A stretch of DNA of 12,511 nt from Calditrichia bacterium. GTDB lineage: Bacteria; Calditrichota; Calditrichia; RBG-13-44-9. Within the stretch, counting starts at the first letter, position 1. Every line of letters starts with the position of its first letter. Shown piece by piece: positions 8,401 through 12,511 of this stretch. A program made the translations under genes and the position numbers. The stretch lies in assembly GCA_037381445.1 (NCBI GenBank), contig JARRQT010000129.1:1-12511 (forward strand), in the 5' to 3' direction. Under the pieces are notes generated by a model. That model saw nothing but the letters and a program-made list of their open reading frames with translations. It was not told the DNA's origin and made no database searches.

Positions 8401-9464
8401 CCGGCTTTCTTCAGATCAACATCCCGGAAAGACAGAACAATACTGTTTTTCTCCTCCGGGGAGATCCGGGCGGATCCCCTGACGTTTCCGAAATTGGTTG
8501 AAATCCGCACATCCTTCAAAGCCAGCGTTTTATTTCTGAATTGATATTTGAATGACGCCTCTTTAAATGAAAGGCTGTCCAGGTTTCCATTTGCAAACAA
8601 TTCACCGGCAAAACTGGCGGGACTCCCGATATAGCTGCCGTAAAATGTGAGATCGCCGTTTTGATATGGAAATTGCGCAGAGATTTTTCTTATGAAGGGC
8701 ACCGCAATGCGGCTGGTGTCTGCAAACATATAAAATTTTAAATTGGGAATCAGCTCGATCTCACCGTGTGCAAAAATCCGGGCATCATCAAATAATATCT
8801 CCAGTTGGTTAAGAACAACCCGTTTTTTATTGCCCTTAAAATGAAAGGAGGCCTTTTTCAGGGTGATGTCCTTATTTTCCCAGAATCCCTGCAGGTATTT
8901 CAACTGGAAATTTAATGTCTCGGAATTGACAGAAGCGCTCGATTCCAATGATAGGCCGCTTATATAATTATCTTTGGAAGGTTGACGGATGATCAGCTTT
9001 CCTTCTTTAACTGACAACTTCGTAACGGACAAAGAAGGCAGAGAGCTCAAATCCACTCCGGCGAACAAGCTGTCCATATCCGACGGAGTTGAAACATTCT
9101 CCGGCCGGGCGTTTTTTTCATTCGATATGTTTATCCGAATCTGAGGATTCTGCAGCAGCAGGTAATCGATATTAATCTTCCCTTTCAGCAGGTCAAGGGA
9201 GGAGTATTTCAGTTCGATGACGGGACATCTGAGCGTATCGGTTTTGCTGGCTACCGTCACGTCGCTCAGGCGGATATTTCCGACCAGATTGCCTTCCAGT
9301 TTGCTGTAGCGAATCTCGATTCCCTGGTCCACCAGACGGTTTGCAATGTGGAGTATTCCTTTGTCGACAAGATCCGTATAGGAGTAAAGCAGAATAAAAA
9401 TCACAAGAAGCGCCAACAGAATCCCGCTGATCCAAAATAATATCTTTCGAAATCTTCTGTGCAT
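5445..9464 (-). CDS. tamB: Translocation/assembly module TamB (AsmA-like, C-terminal DUF490), 1339 aa
   Basis: N-terminal basic plus uncleaved transmembrane anchor. Long beta-rich repetitive body with G.L..P.I.G turns (ITGSLNNPNIAG, LEGSLPNPSG, LGGVVGNPQILDG, VFGSLSNP). C-terminal GLDEVRL...LSLGKYLTPHLYLEY...INWRYDF. Adjacent to an Omp85 gene. Confidence 0.88.
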   Translation of the reverse strand: MHRRFRKILFWISGILLALLVIFILLYSYTDLVDKGILHIANRLVDQGIEIRYSKLEGNLVGNIRLSDVTVASKTDTLRCPVIELKYSSLDLLKGKINIDYLLLQNPQIRINISNEKNARPENVSTPSDMDSLFAGVDLSSLPSLSVTKLSVKEGKLIIRQPSKDNYISGLSLESSASVNSETLNFQLKYLQGFWENKDITLKKASFHFKGNKKRVVLNQLEILFDDARIFAHGEIELIPNLKFYMFADTSRIAVPFIRKISAQFPYQNGDLTFYGSYIGSPASFAGELFANGNLDSLSFKEASFKYQFRNKTLALKDVRISTNFGNVRGSARISPEEKNSIVLSFRDVDLKKAGFSSVATELNGRLNLNFNTWNLKRLSGSGDAVLTGLVYDKIRMDSLFFNLAANEGNWELKRGSRVVVQKASQFFVSGSMSRSRELNLELNTQNNILDTLSARLNLGDLGGAGSLQVKITGSLNNPNIAGYMLLDSLTYTPATVYGVEGRFNVSGMLKERTGYFTLDLSSGLISDILLTDGTVILNLRQNIVDIDSVSFYNNDNYVALTGQVTQSEKYTDIRFNSFEFLYENYLISASDTLEAFYRNDSLQIENFTLSARGNGEIEVRGLLNFSGNTGLAVYFKNIRLLPFNQFLKWKYQLSGLSEISVGISGRMDSLQVESSLDMQDLALDADTLGNLKADFTYDNRKLNIENLNFQHRENSSFSLKGNIIFPSQKNGQGAYLFTDDNKINCAADFNNIQISDYPFFKTFNFPVEGNFSGNLRLEGSLPNPSGNYLIKGENVRFREYDFPKFQLDGRLSSQKIILDYARINFMDTDISANGFKNIAWDINHPEEIFSDERFSLLVTVQDDTVKFLNIFTPEVDMLTGKIDVNARLGGVVGNPQILDGNIDISDGTLYLSKIENPVSNIEFASVLKDSRLKITKGRAKLKGEVEDQNFFKRFTRFIFSPIRRLLFKTRNEGDVSFSGDVDLSAIDRPKLNLSVKANRAYVNYFLENTKILFSTKNMSVTGRDTLLVKGDVTIHKAAVDLNLKESEKNLLLYPSLRETPPYMQYMLNVSIPANFYVRSEAAFNSFEMQLNGDLRVSQEPRGLLEMYGNLDVPKGKYFQFEEFNIQNGRVEFVNPKELPQLDIYAQKKKYGYIFQLHVFGSLSNPVKEIHIFDSNSGEDVTNLYPETKDQIALLLFGVTFNELGGSSVLDKGQEVINQALISQIEREARRFIGLDEVRLESQDNLLDFRNRRLNQDLGETSLSLGKYLTPHLYLEYKTQLASAGLPGLGNIPAPRLSWEAGNQLYMEYRINRNWSISTFYEKRQYDKVKFDINWRYDF

Positions 9465-9491
9465 AAGGTCCGCATTCCTGTTTCATCAAAA

Positions 9492-9519
9492 TTTATATAT
9501 GAATGGCAATGAAACAAAA
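9492..9519 (-). promoter_or_regulatory. Possible sigma70-type promoter upstream of tamB (TTGTTT-N16-TAAATT)
   Basis: Minus strand reads TTGTTT CATTGCCATTCATATA TAAATT in the AT-rich 70-bp gap before tamB. Partial consensus match only; the given bounds are approximate. Confidence 0.25.
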
Positions 9520-9534
9520 AGCATTTAAAGGAAA

Positions 9535-10830
9535 TTAGTCAAAGTCCCGGTCCACCTTTACGGTGGCATTCCGGGTATCCACCACCAACTGCGAATTCTT
9601 CACGATGAAATTATAATCGAAGTCGGAATGGTCGGTGGAAATCAGCACTGCATCATATTTTTTCAGGTTTTCCGGGGTCAAATCCACGCTCACCTTTTCG
9701 AAATCATAATGTCTGGTCCGTCCCAGTTTGGGAATGTACGGATCATGATAGTCCACAATGCCGCCTTTATCCGCGATGATTTCCATCAGTTTAAGGGAAG
9801 GCGATTCACGCATATCATCGATGTCCTTTTTATAGGCCAGTCCCAGGACAAGAATCCTCGCGCCGTTTATGCTTTTCTTATGGTGGTTCAATCCATCCAT
9901 CAATTTGTTCACCACATAATAAGGCATCGAGGTATTCACTTCACCGGCCAGTTCAATGAAACGGGTGCTCAGTTCATATTCCCGGGCTTTCCATGTTAAA
10001 TAAAAGGGATCGATGGGAATACAGTGCCCGCCGAGGCCGGGTCCGGGGTAGAACGGCATGAAGCCAAAAGGCTTGGTTGAAGCGGCATTGATGACCTCCC
10101 ACACATCGATTCCCATGGCATCCAGGATCATCTTCATTTCATTGACCAGGGCAATGTTCACGCTGCGAAAAATATTTTCAAGGAGTTTGGTGGCTTCAGC
10201 CGCCTGGCTGGATGAGACAGGCACCGTTTTCACAATAACCTGATCGTAGAGGGTTTTGGTAAGCTCCAGCGACACCGGATCATTGGCGCCTACCACCTTG
10301 GGAATGGTTCTCGTGTTATATTTGGGATTATTGGGGTCCTCCCTTTCGGGGGAAAAAGCAATGTAAAAATCCTGGTGGCCTTTGAGGCCTGATTTCTCCA
10401 GAATCGACAGCATCACTTCTTCAGTAGTACCGGGGAAAGTGGAGCTTTCCAGGACAATAAGCTGATCCTTCTGCACATATTTCGAAACCGTCTCAGAGGT
10501 ATCCACAATGTAGGAAATATCCGGTTCCCGGTGTTTATCCAGCGGCGTGGGGACACATACCAGAATACAATCCACTTCTTTCAGCCTGCTGAAATCGGCG
10601 GTTGCCTCAAATTTTTTGCTTTATCGGGCCTTACGGATCCTCTCGGAAGCAATATGTTTGATGTAAGAAGTGCCTTTGTTCAGCGCTTCCACTTTCTGGG
10701 GATCAATGTCAAAACCAACAGTCGGAAAATTCTCGGTGACGAATTCAAGCAGCAGCGGCAGCCCCACATATCCCATTCCGATAACACCGATCACGGCCTC
10801 ATGTTTTTTGATCTTATTCAGTAATTCCAT
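9535..10830 (-). pseudogene. wbpA: WbpA-like UDP-N-acetyl-D-glucosamine 6-dehydrogenase (nucleotide-sugar dehydrogenase) with an internal in-frame TAA at codon 70 (10623-10621)
   Basis: SD AGGAG then ATG 10830. Rossmann motif VIGMGYVGLP. The two ORF-track pieces are in the same frame and read ...RIRKAR*SKKFEATADFSRLKEVDCILVCVPTP. Also present: LESSTFPGTT, FSPEREDP, KLLENIFRSVNIALVNE, catalytic GPGLGGHCIPIDPFYLTWKAREY, GLAYKKDIDDMRESP and DTRNA. The gene would be 431 codons if intact. Confidence 0.88.
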
Positions 10831-10902
10831 ATGCACTCCTGTTTGGTAAAATTGATATTTTGCCTTAATATCCGTTACGGTAAAATAAATCGGCACAAAT
10901 TT

Positions 10903-11871
10903 CTATAATTTTTCCCTGTTTTCCATATACCAGGTCACAAATTTTTCGATGCCATTTTTAATCGGTGTCGTCGGGTGATACTTCAATATGTTCCTGGCCT
11001 TGCTTATATCCGCAAATGTCCTGTCCACGTCTCCTGCCTGCATGGGCATCTCCTTCCGGATGGCCGCTTTGCCAAGCGCCGTCTCAATATATCTAATTAA
11101 CTGGTCGGTCGAAGTGGTTTGTGACTCACCGAGATTTATTATCTCATACCCCTTAACGCTGTCTACAGCCTTTATCACGCCCTGAATGATATCGTCAATA
11201 TAGGTAAAATCACGCTCCGGTTTCCCGAATCCGTACACCGGGATCGGCTCCCCGCGGTTGATCATGCGGGTAAATTTATGAATTGCCATCTCCGGCCGCT
11301 GACGGGGACCGTAGACGGTGAAGAACCGCAGCGCAAAAATATTGATATCATATAAATGATGGTAAGTATAGCACAGCAACTCCCCTGCCTTTTTGGTGGC
11401 CGCGTAGGGAGATATGGGAAAATCCACATTATCCGTTTCCGAAAAAGGGACCTTTCGGTTATTTCCGTAGACGGAAGATGACGAAGCAAAAATAAAATTC
11501 GTGATATTGGACTGATGGGCCAGCTCCAGCATATTATTCGTGCCCTCCACATTGTACTTCTGATAAGATACCGGATCGTTGATGGAAGGCCGCACGCCAG
11601 CCTTGGCGGCAAGATGAACGATATGCGTTATTTTGTGCGCTTCAAAAATATGAAGCATCCTCCGAAAATTTAAAATTGATTCCTCATGGAAAGTAAAATT
11701 CCGGTGCTCCAGACTGCCTTTCAAATTATTTCGCTTAATTTTTTCGGAATAGAAGGGATCGAAATTATCGACGCCAACCACCCGATCCCCTCTCGCCAGC
11801 AAAGCCTCGCTTAAATGAGAACCGATAAAACCGGCAGCACCGGTAACCAGAACAGTTTTACTGGAAGCCAT
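10903..11871 (-). CDS. NAD-dependent epimerase/dehydratase (extended SDR), UDP-glucuronate 4-epimerase-like, 322 aa (start moved to ATG 11871)
   Basis: TGAAGFIG, HLAAKAGVRPS, ASSSSVYG, catalytic YAATK, LRFFTVYGPRQRPEMA, RDFTYIDD and GDV..T.ADI motifs are all present. The frame is intact. Confidence 0.9.
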   Translation of the reverse strand: MASSKTVLVTGAAGFIGSHLSEALLARGDRVVGVDNFDPFYSEKIKRNNLKGSLEHRNFTFHEESILNFRRMLHIFEAHKITHIVHLAAKAGVRPSINDPVSYQKYNVEGTNNMLELAHQSNITNFIFASSSSVYGNNRKVPFSETDNVDFPISPYAATKKAGELLCYTYHHLYDINIFALRFFTVYGPRQRPEMAIHKFTRMINRGEPIPVYGFGKPERDFTYIDDIIQGVIKAVDSVKGYEIINLGESQTTSTDQLIRYIETALGKAAIRKEMPMQAGDVDRTFADISKARNILKYHPTTPIKNGIEKFVTWYMENREKL

Positions 11872-11889
11872 ATAATCTCTCAATTTTAG

Positions 11890-11927
11890 AATAAAATGGG
11901 AGAACATTTTCAGAGAAACGCTCTCCC
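11890..11927 (-). terminator. Hairpin plus U-rich tail between ugd and the epimerase gene
   Basis: Minus strand GGGAGAGCGTTT-CTCTGA-AAATGTTCTCCC gives a 12-bp stem (two G.U pairs), followed by ATTTTATT, about 22 nt after the ugd stop. Confidence 0.5.
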
Positions 11928-11949
11928 GCAAATGTATTTTCAGTGATTC

Positions 11950-12511
11950 TTAGGGGCGGCCGATGGAAAAATAGTCAAAGCCGAATTCGCGGACTTTTTC
12001 AGGATTGTAGATATTACGTCCGTCGAAAATCACTGCCTTATTCATAATTTTCTTCATCTCTTCGAAATCGGGCTCCCGGTATTCCAGCCACTCGGTGACC
12101 AGAATCAGACCATCGCTTCCCTGCAGCGCTTCATAATTATCTTCACACAGGGTTATAACTTTGTCCAGTCCCAGCCGCCGTGCCTCATCCTGTGCCACTC
12201 AGCCCCCAGAGCGTAAAGGTTTTTCCGGCGATATTATTTTTGTAGTACTCCAAAATCCTGGGCACCAATATTTTCTTCTGATCTTCATTCACCTCTTCCA
12301 CCGAATTCAGAATCCGCATATGATAGTCGTATCCTTTTGCGGTACGGATAAGCGCTTTCACATCTTTGGGAAAACAGGAGCCGCCGTAGCCTACGCCGGG
12401 AAAAATGAACGAATAGCCGATGCGTTTGTCCGAGCCGATTCCCTTGCGGACCATTTCCACATTGGCACCCACCCGATCGCACAGATTTGCGATTTCGTTC
12501 ATGAATGAGAT
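11950..12511 (-). pseudogene. ugd: UDP-glucose 6-dehydrogenase, 3' part (5' end outside the window), disrupted by a frameshifting internal deletion at about 12199
   Basis: Frame 1 reads ISFMNEIAN...DKRIG...[12 protein letters not shown]...[10 protein letters not shown] then GTG-stop (TGA 12187-12185). Frame 2 resumes VAQDEARR...LILVTEW.EYR...IFDGRNIY...YFSIGRP-stop. The conserved FKP.TDD.RE.P...YDP block expected between them is absent. Confidence 0.88.

Noticed and set aside
10575..10620. Independent restart at GTG 10575 giving a functional 346-aa enzyme
   Set aside because: No clear SD, and the product would lack the GxGxxG NAD-binding motif. The 15 codons between the stop and the GTG are still homologous coding sequence.
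10621..10623. Stop-codon reassignment or programmed readthrough (Sec/Pyl) at the internal stop
   Set aside because: The codon is TAA, not TGA or TAG, and TAA terminates several intact genes in this window (at 6, 1356, 5445). It does not lie at a catalytic position.

Overview
Bacterial cell-envelope region from a diderm organism; the lineage cannot be fixed from the sequence alone. All supported genes lie on the minus strand. In transcription order (right to left): (1) the 3' part of a UDP-glucose 6-dehydrogenase (ugd) broken by a frameshifting internal deletion of about 98 nt; (2) an intact NAD-dependent nucleotide-sugar epimerase (UDP-glucuronate 4-epimerase-like); (3) a WbpA-like UDP-N-acetylhexosamine 6-dehydrogenase interrupted by one in-frame TAA at codon 70; (4) tamB overlapping a 3-POTRA Omp85 (TamA/BamA-family) gene; (5) a hypothetical lipoprotein; (6) a tandem pair of exported, paralogous CsgG/FlgO/TolB-N-like + TPR proteins, preceded by an intergenic region with a 21-bp direct repeat and a palindrome. 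No RNA gene, mobile element or CRISPR array is supported. The most notable points are the two different lesions in the two uronic-acid-producing dehydrogenases and the uncharacterised CsgG-like paralog pair with its upstream repeats.
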